In this document: piece after piece, positions 29,706-41,184 of the stretch | Layout: each line of letters opens with the position of its first letter | Numbering within the stretch: the stretch's first letter is position 1 | Assembly: GCA_963749655.1 (NCBI GenBank) | Contig: CAVVOB010000015.1 | Span: forward strand, 122,742-186,741 | Reading direction: 5' to 3' | Length of the DNA stretch: 64,000 nt | Source of the DNA: Nitrospirota bacterium | GTDB lineage: Bacteria > Nitrospirota > UBA9217 | The notes under the pieces: model-generated | Database searches by the model: none | What the model was told of the DNA's origin: nothing | Seen by the model: the letters and a program-made list of their open reading frames with translations, nothing else | Made by a program: the position numbers and the translations under genes

Positions 29706-30422
29706 TTACCAGCCGATCAACACAAGCGATATGTTGTCTTTGCCGCCCATGCGATTTGCAGCCTCGACCAGAATAGCAGCAGCTTTGTCAAGATCGTCAT
29801 TATGAATTTTTATCAGTTCTTCAATTGCTCCGTCCGACAGCATGTCTGTCAAACCGTCGGAACAAAGCAGAATGATGTCCCCCGGCAGAAGATCGACGCT
29901 GTGGCCGTCGCATTTCACGGCTTTTGACGGGCCGAGCGCCTGGCTCAGAACACGCGCTTTGTGAAAAAAGAACAGCTCGCGGATCATTACCTCCTGGTTG
30001 ATCCCGTAATCCATCGTGTGGTCTGTGGTGATCCGCGCCAGGGCGCCCTGCCGATAGAGGTATGCCCTGCTGTCCCCCACGTGACTGAGATAAGCAATGT
30101 CATTCCTGATGCAGAGAATGACGAGCGTAGTTCCCATGCCGCTGAGCGCCCGGCGCCTCCGTGATGCCTTCTGCACTTCAGCGTGGGCATGTTCCAGGGC
30201 CTGATTCAGCAGCGGCAGAATGTCGTTATCCGGCGCTTCTTCCTGCTGTTCCTTCAGGAAGGCGAGAGCCTTTCGGACAGCCAGACGGCTTGCAACGCGG
30301 CCCGCGCGGGGACCGCTGAGGCCGTCGGCAAGAAGGAAAAGACCCTCTGCCTCATCAACAAGAACCGCGTCCTCGTTCACGCTCTTCTTTCTTCCCTTAT
30401 CCGTCTTCCACGAAACGCGCAT
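29706..30422 (-). CDS. PP2C-family (Stp1-like) Ser/Thr phosphatase
   Basis: NED, ADGLSG, GMGTT, HVGDSRAY, TDH, LCSDGL, GGKDNIS. Confidence 0.93.
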   Translation of the reverse strand: MRVSWKTDKGRKKSVNEDAVLVDEAEGLFLLADGLSGPRAGRVASRLAVRKALAFLKEQQEEAPDNDILPLLNQALEHAHAEVQKASRRRRALSGMGTTLVILCIRNDIAYLSHVGDSRAYLYRQGALARITTDHTMDYGINQEVMIRELFFFHKARVLSQALGPSKAVKCDGHSVDLLPGDIILLCSDGLTDMLSDGAIEELIKIHNDDLDKAAAILVEAANRMGGKDNISLVLIGW

Positions 30423-30446
30423 TGTTCTCCGGTTTTCAACGACTCT

Positions 30447-33400
30447 TCAGCAGCCGACCTTCGTTATGCCGGTCGCGGTCTCAATGGTCAGTCCGTCAAA
30501 GTGCGTCACGGAATCGGCCTTGGTCCAGAGGCCGACGTAGCCCTGGACCATCTTGTCGGCTTCGTACTCCAGAACAAGCCGGTCGTTCAAATAACACCAC
30601 ATGCCCCGGTCCCGGACCACGACGCGGAGATCGTGCCATCGGCCGGTTGTGATCTTTTCATGAATGCTTTTCAGCTCGATGCGCCTGCCGTTAACGTACT
30701 CGAACAGGATAGCGTTGTCCTCAAGCGCGTTGATCCGGAACACAAAATAGTTGTTCACGTCCCCCATGCCGAAGGCGATGCCGCCTGCCCGGTCGATATT
30801 GCCGCTTACCGGCTTCACGCGCACCCGGACCGCGCCGTCCGATATCCGGGTGTCCTTCACAACCGCCAGAGGGAAATAGTAGTAAGCCTCGACGTTGTCA
30901 AGAAACTCCTGGAGCGCCTGTCCGACGAATTTGTTCAAAGCCCCTGCCACGCCGGATGATAGGGTGAACCCCGCGCGCGAGCCGTCCTGCATGCAGACCT
31001 GTTGTCCATCAATGGTCGTCTTCCACGATCCGCCGTGAGTGTAGAAATTCACGATCCCTTCATCCCTTTTCTGTGTCAGAAAATCATAGTCCGAATGGAA
31101 AAAGGCGTCTGTCAGGCGCTCCACGTCGGCCTGACTCGTAATTGCCACGTCAAGAAGACGCGAGGAAGCAAGAAGACGGCCCATCTGGTCGAGTTTCTCC
31201 TCGAGCGAGAGTCGGTCATAGTCGGTGATTGCTCCCTCGATCAGGTCGCCGCGAAGTTTTACCTGGAACCCAAGCTTGCCGAGCACGCTGCCCAGAAAGG
31301 CAATGCGAAGCGACTTGCCGTAATAGCTCCCCGCGCCGCCCGAGAACTGGAGCGATATATAGTTCTGACTGCTGTTGTCGCCGACAAAGGCGTCGACCGT
31401 AGCGAAGTGATAGCCGAACTTTGCAGACAGATTCATATACTCATGCGAGAGGATTGCATAGCTGACCCCACCCGGCGCCGGGCCGAGCTCCGCTGCGGCG
31501 CTCGCTGACAGGAGCGTCAGGATCTTGTTCATTCCGAGGCCGATGGATCCCTCCCAGCTCACGCCGGGATGGGTAAACCCCTTCCATATGGCTTTCAAGG
31601 GCAGGCACTCGACATGATCGGGGGTTACTTCGTGGCACGTGGTAAGCCCCTGCTTCAGGCCTCCGCCGAGGTCGATCAGCCGCAGTTCCAGCGGTATCTT
31701 TGCCTTGAGTTCGATCGATCGCACTTCGTATGTTTCGTCGGTAAGACCGAACATGGATCGAACGGCCTGCTCGTGGGTATAACGAATGACGTCATGGATC
31801 GTCTTGCATCCATGGGGTGCGAAGGATGGATCGTCGGAATTCATGAGATTGAGCGGCGAGATGAGGTCCAGCACACGGCGCATTCTGCGGTGCACGGGGC
31901 TGTCGAAGACCTGCGTCTTCCTTCGTTCTATCAGGCTGGTCAGCTCCCCGACAATGCCGGAATAGACTTTCGGCGGGTCAGTTGTAAGCGTGACCATATC
32001 CCCGTTCTTGAGTGTTGTTGTGGCGTTTCCCGCATCCACGATCAAGGGCATGCCGAACTCCCGCGCCACCGAGGCAAGATGGCTTGAGGCGCTGCCTATG
32101 TCGGTGATGATTGCATTGACCCTTCCGACGTGCTTCGCAAGGTCCGGCGATGCGGTCCGCGCCACGAGCACAGCCCCTTCCGGGACGGTTTCATCATCAG
32201 CACTCTCACGCCGGACAAAGACCGCTCCCGCTGCTATGCCCCGGGAGGCCGATTTGCCCGAGGAAAGCAGCGTGGCATGCCCGGTAACATCGACGACCGG
32301 GGCGCCCGACACGCTGCTTACTCCGCCGCCTCCGAGCGGTCGCGACTGAATAATGAACAGATTGCCTGAATCATCAAGCGCCCATTCAACGTCCTGTGCG
32401 GAGCCGAACAGAGCTTCGAGCTTGAGACCGTAATCAGCGAGTTTCTGTATGGTCGCATCGTCAAGAGAAGCAGAGCCTTGCTCATGAGCAGGCACGGTTT
32501 GGAGGACCGTTCCGCCTGCCGGAAGATTCACCATCCGCGTATCCTGCCTTGTTATCCTTCGGTCCTTGATCTGCAGGGATTTCCGGTCCACGACAAAGAG
32601 GTCCGGCGAGGCGCTGCCGTCAACGAGCCGCTCGGCGAGGCCCCGGACCGAGCTGATAATGACGTCCCGGGAATCGTTTCCCGAAGGCGAGTTAGTGTAC
32701 ATGACGCCGCTTGACCTGGGGTCTATCATGGCAACCACGGCCACGGCCATGGGCGTCTCCTGGTCCGTCAGTCCGTAGCGCAGACGATAGGTCGTCGCGC
32801 GGGAGGAGTACTTGCTCGCGAGAACCTGTTTCCAGGCTTCGAGTATGCCGCTCTCCACGACGTTCAGCACTGTCGCGTACTGGCCTGCAAAGGTGGCGGC
32901 CGTGTCCTCGCCCACTGCGCTGCTCCGCACCGCGACACGGATGCCGGGCCTTGTTCTTTTCGCCAGTTCCCGATAAGCCTGAATGATCTCCCCGGCAATG
33001 TCGGGCGGTACGGCTGCTTTGACGATAGCGGCGCGGATGCCTTCGAGCTCTGGCGCTCAAATGCTTCCGGCTGGTCCGGTGATGCCCGAGCAAGCATCTT
33101 CGCAATGAAATCGTCAAGGCCGTTCGCAGAGAGGAAACGCCCGGTGGCAACTGTCGTTACGCTGAAGCCGGCCGGAACCGGGAGGCGGAATTCGTTCGCG
33201 ATCTTTGCCAGATTCGCGGCCTTCGCGCCGGTAATATGAACGGCTTCACCTTTGATACGCTCAAACGGCAGCACCAGAGCGTTTGACCGGGCAGCGTATT
33301 GCGGCGTAAGTTCCCCGGTAATTGAATGATCGATCCGCATAAGACTTGTTTCGAGCTCGGCTGCGCCTTTGCCCTTGAGCGGGGCGAGCGCATACACCGC

Positions 33401-33628
33401 TCCGAGCGCCGCTTCCCATAGGGCTTCGTAGTGCGCGGCTGCCCAGGACAGGGACAAGGGCCTGCCGCTGTAGTATGCCTGCTCGAGGTCGGCGATGGCC
33501 GAAAGTGCGGTTTGGTTATGCTCCAGGAAGACCCGGAACGCCCGGTACTTTCTGACATGCGGACCCCGCACGTTCAGGAGCGGCACGCAAGCGCGTTTCT
33601 GATTAAAGAGTGATAGAAGATTCTTCAT
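30447..33628 (-). CDS. Atypical PEP-synthase/PPDK-like protein (ATP-grasp + mobile His domain + extra C-terminal domains); frameshifts near 32980-33050
   Basis: GAKAANL...VPAGF, VRSSAVGED...FAGQY, QDVEWA...QSRP, GSASSHLASVARE; no PEP-binding barrel; C-terminal beta-sandwich (GRWHDLRV...GYVGLW...FDGL). Confidence 0.8.
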
Positions 33629-33932
33629 GGCGGCAGTCGCGAAATTCTCAAATGCAGTATAACAGACAGGATAGAAAAAATCCCGTACATTGTTTGAACC
33701 AGCCGGAAGATGCACACATTTACGCCGCTTGCCGTATCAGTTTGATAGTTCTGAGTTGTGAGTTTTTAGTTTCTAACTGAATGCGGGCGGCACATAATGC
33801 ATAGGGCATGGAGCATGGCGCACAGGGTGGAGTCCCTCTGCCCTCTGCTTCCAGCTCAAAACTAAAAACTAAAAACTCAAAACTGGTTTTATTATGCTGA
33901 TTGATGCTCCGGGACGAAAGAAGAATTTCCCT

Positions 33933-34006
33933 CCTCAGCTCCATCAAAATAAACAAAGGCCGGTCATTATTGACCGGCCTTATCATTTTCATGAAGGGGA
34001 TCGAAC
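33933..34006 (+). repeat. Third copy of the tRNA-Ala 3' end plus terminator and antisense end (attR-like)
   Basis: CCTCAGCTCCATCAAAATAAACAAAGGCCGGTCATTATTGACCGGCCTT...AGGGGATCGAAC matches 28671-28746. Confidence 0.85.
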
Positions 34007-34084
34007 GAACGACTGATCCACTCACGAAGCGAAGTGTGCTCAAGCTGCCGAATGCCGTCAAGAAACCATAGGGCAACGCTTTTC

Positions 34085-34970
34085 TTACGCGGCTTTCGCC
34101 GTCTTGCTCCTCCACTCCACGGTGATATCCCTGACGAAATCGTCAAAGGTCCGGGGCTTCCTGCCCAGGAGCTTTCTCCGTTTTTTCGAGGTCGTCCTTC
34201 GAAGCGATCATCCCCTTCTCCTGGAAGAACTCGTACATGATCCTCATTTCAGGGATCATGAACTCCGGCATTATGTTCTTTACCTTTTCTCCCCAGGTAT
34301 CGAGGTCGTTTCCACTGTAGCGCACCTCCCGTCCCAGGTGCTTTGAATAGATCCTGGCGATCCCTTCGCCGGTCAGGGTATCGGATCCATGGATGTCATA
34401 CGTCCGGCCTTCGAGTCCGGATTTCATGAGCGCATTGACCGCACAGTCGGCGATGTCGCGTACATCGACCCGGTTCAGCCCCTTTTCGCCGATGGGCTGC
34501 GGATAAATACCGTACTGCATGATCGCGTCCTTTAACCACACGTCATTCTGGAAAAAGTTATTCGGCCTGAGGATGGTGTAGGCGATCCCCGATTCCCTGA
34601 CGGCCTTCTCCACCGGCAGTTTGCTCCGGAAGTGCGGTATTCTTTCCGATCCTTCGGGCATGGCGACCGACAGATAGACGATCTTCTTGATTCTGGCCTT
34701 CTTTGCCGCGGACACTGCAGCGAGCCCTTCATCGGTTTCGCTCAGCCCCACGGGGGCCAGCAAGAACATGCTGTCGATGCCTTCGAAGGCCGCCGGCAGC
34801 GTATCGGGATCATCAAGGTCCGCCCGGTACCCTTCAGCGCCCTTTGGCAGCTTTTTCAGTTTTTCCGGCGAATGGCTCATGACCCGGACAGCAACCCCCT
34901 GCTTGAGCAGGCCGGCCACCACCATGCTTCCAACCATGCCTGTTCCACCTATTACGAGTGTTTTCATCAT
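34085..34970 (-). CDS. NmrA-family NAD(P)-binding protein; frameshift near the 3' end
   Basis: GGTGMVG Rossmann motif, HFRSK, TILRPNNFFQN, VDVRDIA; likely true end LLGRKPRTFDDFV...KAA* in another frame. Confidence 0.88.
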
Positions 34971-35314
34971 CTTTGACCTCCTATCGCTGCTCACCGGAAG
35001 TCTTCGAAAATTTATGGGGTGTTAATCGTGCGGGATGCGAAGATGCTATTGTGAGAGAGATACTTAAGCTTGACACCGATGGAGCGATAAGTCAAGGAAA
35101 CCGGGTAATATAGAGTGGCCGTTAGTACTGCACTTTGATTGTTTACGTGCCGCCTCAGCGGTGCTTATCGAGTCTTTTGCGGGCAAGTCGGTCCGGGCAC
35201 GGGAACCCGGGGGCAACAAGATACGCTTTCGGACGGAGGATCCTTTGCAGCCCGAAGGACAAAATGAAATCCGGCTTGTTGTACTGATTCGAATTGTCCT
35301 CTATACTATATCTT

Positions 35315-36808
35315 ATGACTCCTTCAAACCCCGGTGACAAACAACACCGCTCTCTCCTGCAAAGGATCGCCTACGCGGCCATGGTCGAGCGCGGATTGCT
35401 TCCGGACTTTTCTCCCCAGGCCCTTGCCGAACTCGACGGGCTCCGCGAGCCCGCTGCACAAACGAACACTGCAACGCGTGATCTGCGGGACCTGCTCTGG
35501 TGCTCCATCGACAACGATGATTCGCGCGACCTGGACCAGTTGACTGTTGTAGAAGCCATGCCGGACAACAGCGTCAAAGTGTTCGTTGCCGTCGCCGATG
35601 TCGACAGCATCGTTAAAAAGGACTCGGCGATCGACGAGCATGCGCGCAGCAATACCACGTCGGTCTATACTCCTGCCAGGATCTTTCCCATGCTGCCGGA
35701 GAAGCTTTCGACGGACCTGACGTCCCTGAATTTCGCTTCGGACCGGTATGCGGTGATCGTCGAGCTGGTCGTGGGCGAGGATGGGGCATTGCTCCGTTCC
35801 GATGTATATGGCGCGCTTGTCCGGAACCGGGCAAAACTGGCCTACAACAGCGTCGCCGCCTGGCTGGAGGGCGCCGGGCCGGTCCCCCGCGAGATACCCG
35901 CGGTCCCCGGCCTCGACGAGAACCTCCGGCTCCAGGACCGCGTCGCACAAAAACTGAAGTCGCTCCGACACGAGCACGGCGCACTGAGCCTTGAGACCGT
36001 GGAGGCACGGCTGGTGTTCGACGCTGATGAGCTCAAAGACCTCCAGGCTGAACGCAAGAACAGGGCCAAGGACATCATCGAGGACCTCATGATCGCGGCG
36101 AACGGCGTGACTGCGCGTTTTCTCTCGGCCAAAGGCCTGCCGTCGTTCCGGCGCGTGGTCCGCACGCCGAAGCGATGGGACCGCATCAGGGAACTTGCCT
36201 CGGACCATGGCCAGGCGCTTCCCGCGGAGCCTGACGCGAAATCTCTGGAAGCGTTCCTCACCAAGGCGCAGGCTGCCGATCCGCTCCGGTTTCCCGATCT
36301 TTCCCTTGCAATCATCAAGCTGCTCGGCGCGGGTGAATACGCGCTTGAAGTGCCGGGAGACAGTTCCAGCGGCCACTTCGGCCTCGCCGTCCAGGATTAC
36401 TCCCACTCCACAGCCCCGAACCGCCGCTATCCGGACCTGATCACGCAGCGTTTGCTGAAGGCGGCCCTTGCCGGACAACACATGCCCTACGGGAACGGAG
36501 AGCTGTCGGCTTTGGCAAAGCACTGCACGGAACAGGAAGATGCGGCAAAGAAGGTCGAACGACAGGTCAGAAAATCCGCTGCGGCGATGCTCCTGGAACA
36601 CAGGATCAATGAACAGTTCGATGCCATCGTGACCGGCGCAGCGGAAAAAGGCACCTGGGTCCGGCTGCTTTCTCCGCCTGTTGAAGGAAGACTGACGGGC
36701 GGCTTTGAAGGCGTCGACGTGGGACACCGGGTCCGCGTTCAGCTTATTCATACCGACGTGGAACGAGGGTATATAGACTTCAGAAGGGTCGGGGAAGGAA
36801 AGGCATAG
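35315..36808 (+). CDS. RNB-domain (RNase II/R family) exoribonuclease
   Basis: SIDNDDSRDLDQ, VADV, HFGLA...YSHSTAPNRRYPDL, C-terminal S1. Confidence 0.92.
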   Translation: MTPSNPGDKQHRSLLQRIAYAAMVERGLLPDFSPQALAELDGLREPAAQTNTATRDLRDLLWCSIDNDDSRDLDQLTVVEAMPDNSVKVFVAVADVDSIVKKDSAIDEHARSNTTSVYTPARIFPMLPEKLSTDLTSLNFASDRYAVIVELVVGEDGALLRSDVYGALVRNRAKLAYNSVAAWLEGAGPVPREIPAVPGLDENLRLQDRVAQKLKSLRHEHGALSLETVEARLVFDADELKDLQAERKNRAKDIIEDLMIAANGVTARFLSAKGLPSFRRVVRTPKRWDRIRELASDHGQALPAEPDAKSLEAFLTKAQAADPLRFPDLSLAIIKLLGAGEYALEVPGDSSSGHFGLAVQDYSHSTAPNRRYPDLITQRLLKAALAGQHMPYGNGELSALAKHCTEQEDAAKKVERQVRKSAAAMLLEHRINEQFDAIVTGAAEKGTWVRLLSPPVEGRLTGGFEGVDVGHRVRVQLIHTDVERGYIDFRRVGEGKA

Positions 36809-37114
36809 GCAACAGCTCTTTGCCACAAGTGAAGGTTCATAAAGGTAGGCACACAGAGGACGCAGAGAAAAGCTTAAAAATGCTCTGTGTTTAATTAGGT
36901 TTTAAAGATCTTGATTTGCGAAGGCCTGGGGTAGTAAAGCCACGCTGTTCGTCATTCCAGCGAAAGCTGGAATCCAGAGGTTTCCTTGAAATACCTGAAT
37001 TCCCCCGGCTTCAAACTTGCCGGGGCAGGCGACGGCACGAAGCATTGCTGATGACCGCATCAGTAATTTTGCGTGCTCCCCGTGCTTTGCGGGAGACCCG
37101 CTTTTATATATTAA

Positions 37115-37253
37115 CAGGTTGTTGAAAAAGCTCAAGCGCGACAAATTTCGTCATGCCAGCGAAGGCTGGCATCCAGAATCATATTAAAAACACTGGATTC
37201 CTGCCTGCGCAGGAATGACGGCTAAGGTTTTCAAGACGTTTTTCAACAGCCTG
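37115..37253. mobile_element. 139-bp MITE copy 2 (TTAA target duplication)
   Basis: Same TIRs and length as 1240-1378; TTAA at 37111-37114 and 37254-37257. Confidence 0.85.
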
Positions 37254-37266
37254 TTAAAAGGAACGC

Positions 37267-39814
37267 ATGTCGACTTCCCCACTCAAGACGGAAATGATCT
37301 TCTGGCAGCAATCCGTTCCTGAACTCCTGAAACGTTTGAACGCGACCCCTGCGGGTCTATCGAGCAGCGAGGCGGCTGACCGGCTGAAACAATCGGGCCC
37401 GAACATGCTGCGGCCGCCGCGCAAGCGCGCACTGGTCCTTCAGTTCCTCGCCCGGTTCAAGAACCCCCTCGTCATCATCCTCCTCATCGCCAGCGCAGTC
37501 TCAGCCTTCACCGGCGATGTGACCAGCTTTCTGATCATCAGCGCCATTGTGGTCATGAGCGTTACCCTGGACTTTATCCAGGAGCACCGCGCGGGCAAGG
37601 CGGCCGAGGAACTGCGCCAGTCGGTGGCGATCCGCGTCCAGGCGCTGCGCGACGGAAAGAGCATTGAAATTCCCGCGGCAGCGCTGGTGCCCGGTGATGT
37701 CGTGTTGCTGTCCGCAGGCGACCTGATCCCCGGCGACGGCCGGGTGCTTGCGGCCCGGGATTTCTTTGTGAAGCAGGCGCTTCTGACCGGCGAATCTTAT
37801 CCCGTTGAAAAGTTTTTCCGCGAGCTGCCTGACGCAGGGCAGGACATGGCCGATGCCGTGAACTCCGTGTTCATGGGCACGTCCGTGGTGAGCGGCTCCG
37901 CGCAACGTGCTCATCTGCCGCACCGGACCGAACACTTCGCTGGGCGAGATCTCCGATACACTCACCACAAAGGCCCCTCCCACCGCATTCGAGCAGGGCA
38001 CCCAGCGCTTCGGGCTCCTGATCATGCGGTTTACGATCCTGCTCGTCCTCTTTGTCGTCCTGGCCAATGCCTATTTCCACCGGCCCTGGCTCGAATCATT
38101 CCTCTTTGCCGTGGCCCTTGCCGTCGGGCTCACGCCCGAGCTTCTGCCCATGGTCGTTTCCGTGACCCTGGCGCGGGGCGCCATGCGCATGGCAAAGAAG
38201 AAGGTGATCGTAAAACGGCTCGAATCCATCCACAACCTCGGGAGCATGGATGTGCTGTGCACGGACAAGACCGGTACGCTCACCGAGGCCCGCATCCATC
38301 TGGAGCGCCACGTGGACGCCCTCGGCAAGGACAGCAGCCGTGTTCTTGAGCTGGCCTATCTGAACAGCTTCTTCGAATCAGGGCTGCGGAGCCCCATGGA
38401 TGACGCCATTCTGGAGCACAAGGAGATAGACGTCACAGCCTGGAAAAAGATCGATGAAGTCCCCTTCGATTTCGAACGCAGACGGGTTTCCGTGATCATT
38501 GATAACGGCAAGGACAGGCTCCTCGTGGTAAAAGGAGCGCCTGACGATATCCTGGGCTTCTGCATCCTCTGCGAGAAAAAGGGAGAAGAGAACCCTGAAT
38601 CAATGGACGAAGCAGCGCTGGCCCGGGTCCGGGCGCTCCACGAGACCTTCGCCCGTGACGGATTCCGCGTCCTCGCCGTGGCCTGGAAAAAGGTGGAGCA
38701 AACGGAGCATCATGCCGTGGTGAACGATGAAACGGAGCTGGTCTTTGCCGGGTTCGCCGCCTTTTTCGATCCTCCGAAGAAGAGCGCTCAGGAGGCCCTG
38801 GCCAAACTCGCCCATGCGGGGGTGGCGGTCAAGGTCGTGACCGGCGACAATGAACTGGTGACCCGGCATATCTGCGAGAAGCTCGGCCTGCCCATAACCG
38901 GGATCCTGACCGGCGCGGACATGCAGGCCATGGATGACCACGCGCTCTCGGCCTGCGTGGAGAATGTGAATCTCTTTTGCCGGGTCAACCCCGCGCAGAA
39001 GAACAGGGTCATCCTCGCGTTAAAACAGCGCGGCAGGGTCGTCGGGTATATGGGCGACGGCATCAATGACGCGCCCTCGCTCCATTCAGCGGACATCGGC
39101 ATTTCCGTGGAAAGCGCGGTGGATGTTGCGAAAAGCGCGGCCGAGATGATCCTCCTGGAGCAGGACCTGAACGTGCTGCATGAAGGCGTCGTGGAAGGCC
39201 GGCGCACCTTCGGCAACATCATGAAATACATCATGATGGGAACGAGCTCCAATTTCGGGAACATGTTCAGCATGGCCGGGGCGACCCTCTTCCTCCCCTT
39301 TCTTCCCATGCTGCCGGTGCAGATCCTCCTGAACAATCTCCTGTATGACGTCTCGGAGATCCCCATCCCGCTCGACAGTGTCGACGAAGAATATCTCACC
39401 CAGCCCCGGCATTGGAACATGAACTTCATCCGCAACTTCATGTTGTCCGTGGGCCCGGTGAGCTCGGCTTTCGATTTTCTGACCTTTTACATCATGCTGA
39501 GCGTGTTTCATGCCGGAGAGAAGCTCTTCCATACCGGCTGGTTCATCGAGTCCATGGCAACGCAGGTGCTCGTGATCTTCATCATCCGCACGCGCCGCAA
39601 TCCGTTCAAAAGCCGTCCCAACCTCTGGCTTACGCTCTGTTCCCTTTCGGTCGTAGTCCTCGCTGTGCTGCTGCCGTATACGCCGCTCGGCAGGTACTTC
39701 GGATTCGAACCCCCGCCAATCTCCTTCTATGCGATCCTGGCAGGCTTGGTGTTCTTCTATCTCTTTGCGGTAGAAGGGATCAAGCAGTGGTTTTTCCGAC
39801 GATTTGCGGAATGA
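37267..39814 (+). CDS. mgtA: Magnesium-translocating P-type ATPase; one frameshift near 37905
   Basis: TGES, AVGLTPELLP, DKTGT, PFDFERRR, KGAP, TGDN, GDGIND, SSNFGN, QILLNNLLYD. Confidence 0.9.
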
Positions 39815-39868
39815 TGAAAGGGACCGCGTTTCTTGCCAAATTAGAGTTTCAGTACAGCAAGAAGAATT

Positions 39869-39928
39869 TATCAGTAACTTCCATATCAGTAACTTCCCGT
39901 TGACAACATCTTGCGTCAAGCATATATT
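39869..39928 (+). promoter_or_regulatory. Sigma70 promoter preceded by a 14-bp direct repeat, at the left edge of the low-GC block
   Basis: TATCAGTAACTTCC x2 (39869-39882, 39884-39897), then TTGACA(39900)-17bp-TATATT. Confidence 0.6.
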
Positions 39929-40140
39929 CGTGAAAATAAGGGAATGCGCGGCGCTGACCTTGCTAAATCAGGAAACACCGAAAATTCGTTCTTCCCCAGG
40001 GGGGCTAGCTATAGCTTGATATTTAGGCTGAGCACTAAAAAGCATTATTTTTGCTAAACTGGTAAAAACCAAAAATGCGGATTTTACCAGTTAGGACTGG
40101 GCTAGATAATTACTGGTTGATTTGGAGATTGACCGACTAT

Positions 40141-41064
40141 ATGAATAAGTCAGACGATGAAAGAGATCGCGCGCTGAAGAGGAAGTTCAATAAATTGTTG
40201 GCAGATTGGAAGCAAAATAATGGCCCTTGCATTATTTGCGGCGAAAAAGAGGGTAATGAAGAAGACGATTTACCTCCAAAAGTTCTCTACCCTCGGGCAT
40301 TAAGAAACAGCAAAACATTCTTCTACAAATTTCCAGCTTGCTCTGACTGCAATAGGGGGTCATCAAATGAAGATTTCCTGATGAGCCTTCTTTTGACATT
40401 TTGGCTTAATCAAGATGCTTATCTTAAAAATGTGGAGCCTACGGACCCCGATTTGCTAGCATTGCATAAACAAGCCGAGAGTCAGTGTCAAAATTCATCG
40501 TTAGCGGTTCAGGCACACATTCGGAAATTACTGCAGACGTATGCTGGTAATCACCCGGTCAATGGCATGCCTGCCATCAATATCGACAAAGTGCCTATAA
40601 ATAGAACACTCACGAAAATAGTTAAAGCAATTTACTGGTTGGAGACGGGTGGTGATATTCTTCAGAAGTATAATCCCGGCTGGTGGATCATGACTGCTAT
40701 CGATGCATCTAAAGAAACGTTCATTGAAAAGCACTTAAAGTTGAGTTCTTCAAACATTATGTGGGAAGATAAGTTTATTTCACATCACTCAATCGGCGGG
40801 CCGAAAAGCGGTGCCGATGGCTTTATATCATGTTCTCTTCATTTCTATTCTAATAGATCTGCCCAAAAAGGGATGCATTGGTTATTGATCGCTGCGCCGG
40901 ACACTACTAGATTAAACAATGATAGTCTATTCGAATTATGTGCAAATAACTTTGGAAAGCCTACCATAAGACCGAGATTATGCAAATATTTAATCACGCA
41001 TTTATTGGCCGCATTGGATCAAATATTATCTTCTCTCGGTATTTCCAGGAAACAGACAGTCTAG
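40141..41064 (+). CDS. HNH-like Zn-finger protein (cassette-like)
   Basis: CIICG...EDDLPPK...PACSDCN; low GC; GGAG RBS before ATG 40141 (ORF track starts at 40075). Confidence 0.7.
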   Translation: MNKSDDERDRALKRKFNKLLADWKQNNGPCIICGEKEGNEEDDLPPKVLYPRALRNSKTFFYKFPACSDCNRGSSNEDFLMSLLLTFWLNQDAYLKNVEPTDPDLLALHKQAESQCQNSSLAVQAHIRKLLQTYAGNHPVNGMPAINIDKVPINRTLTKIVKAIYWLETGGDILQKYNPGWWIMTAIDASKETFIEKHLKLSSSNIMWEDKFISHHSIGGPKSGADGFISCSLHFYSNRSAQKGMHWLLIAAPDTTRLNNDSLFELCANNFGKPTIRPRLCKYLITHLLAALDQILSSLGISRKQTV

Positions 41065-41077
41065 CGGACGAAAACAT

Positions 41078-41137
41078 TTTCAACCAGGCGCTCGACATCG
41101 ACTCGCCAAAATGCGGCGAGTCAGCGCCGCGTTGTCC
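41078..41137 (+). other. attC-like recombination site 1
   Basis: TTTCAAC-CAGGC-GCT[C]GAC...TCGCC-loop-GGCGA-GTCAGC-GCCGC-GTTGTCC: AAC/GTT ends, L-box pairing with an extrahelical C, just after a stop codon. Confidence 0.7.
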
Positions 41138-41184
41138 TTCCTCAGTGCTACGTGCAGATATCGATTGATATGAGGTTTTAGCCG

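Noticed and set aside
35150-35280. Possible structured ncRNA or riboswitch upstream of the RNB gene
   Set aside because: Only short hairpins; no recognisable family consensus
35324-36826. 500-aa antisense ORF (and similar long shadow ORFs over the permeases, HEAT gene and glgP)
   Set aside because: Antisense shadows of high-GC genes that have clear motifs on the other strand
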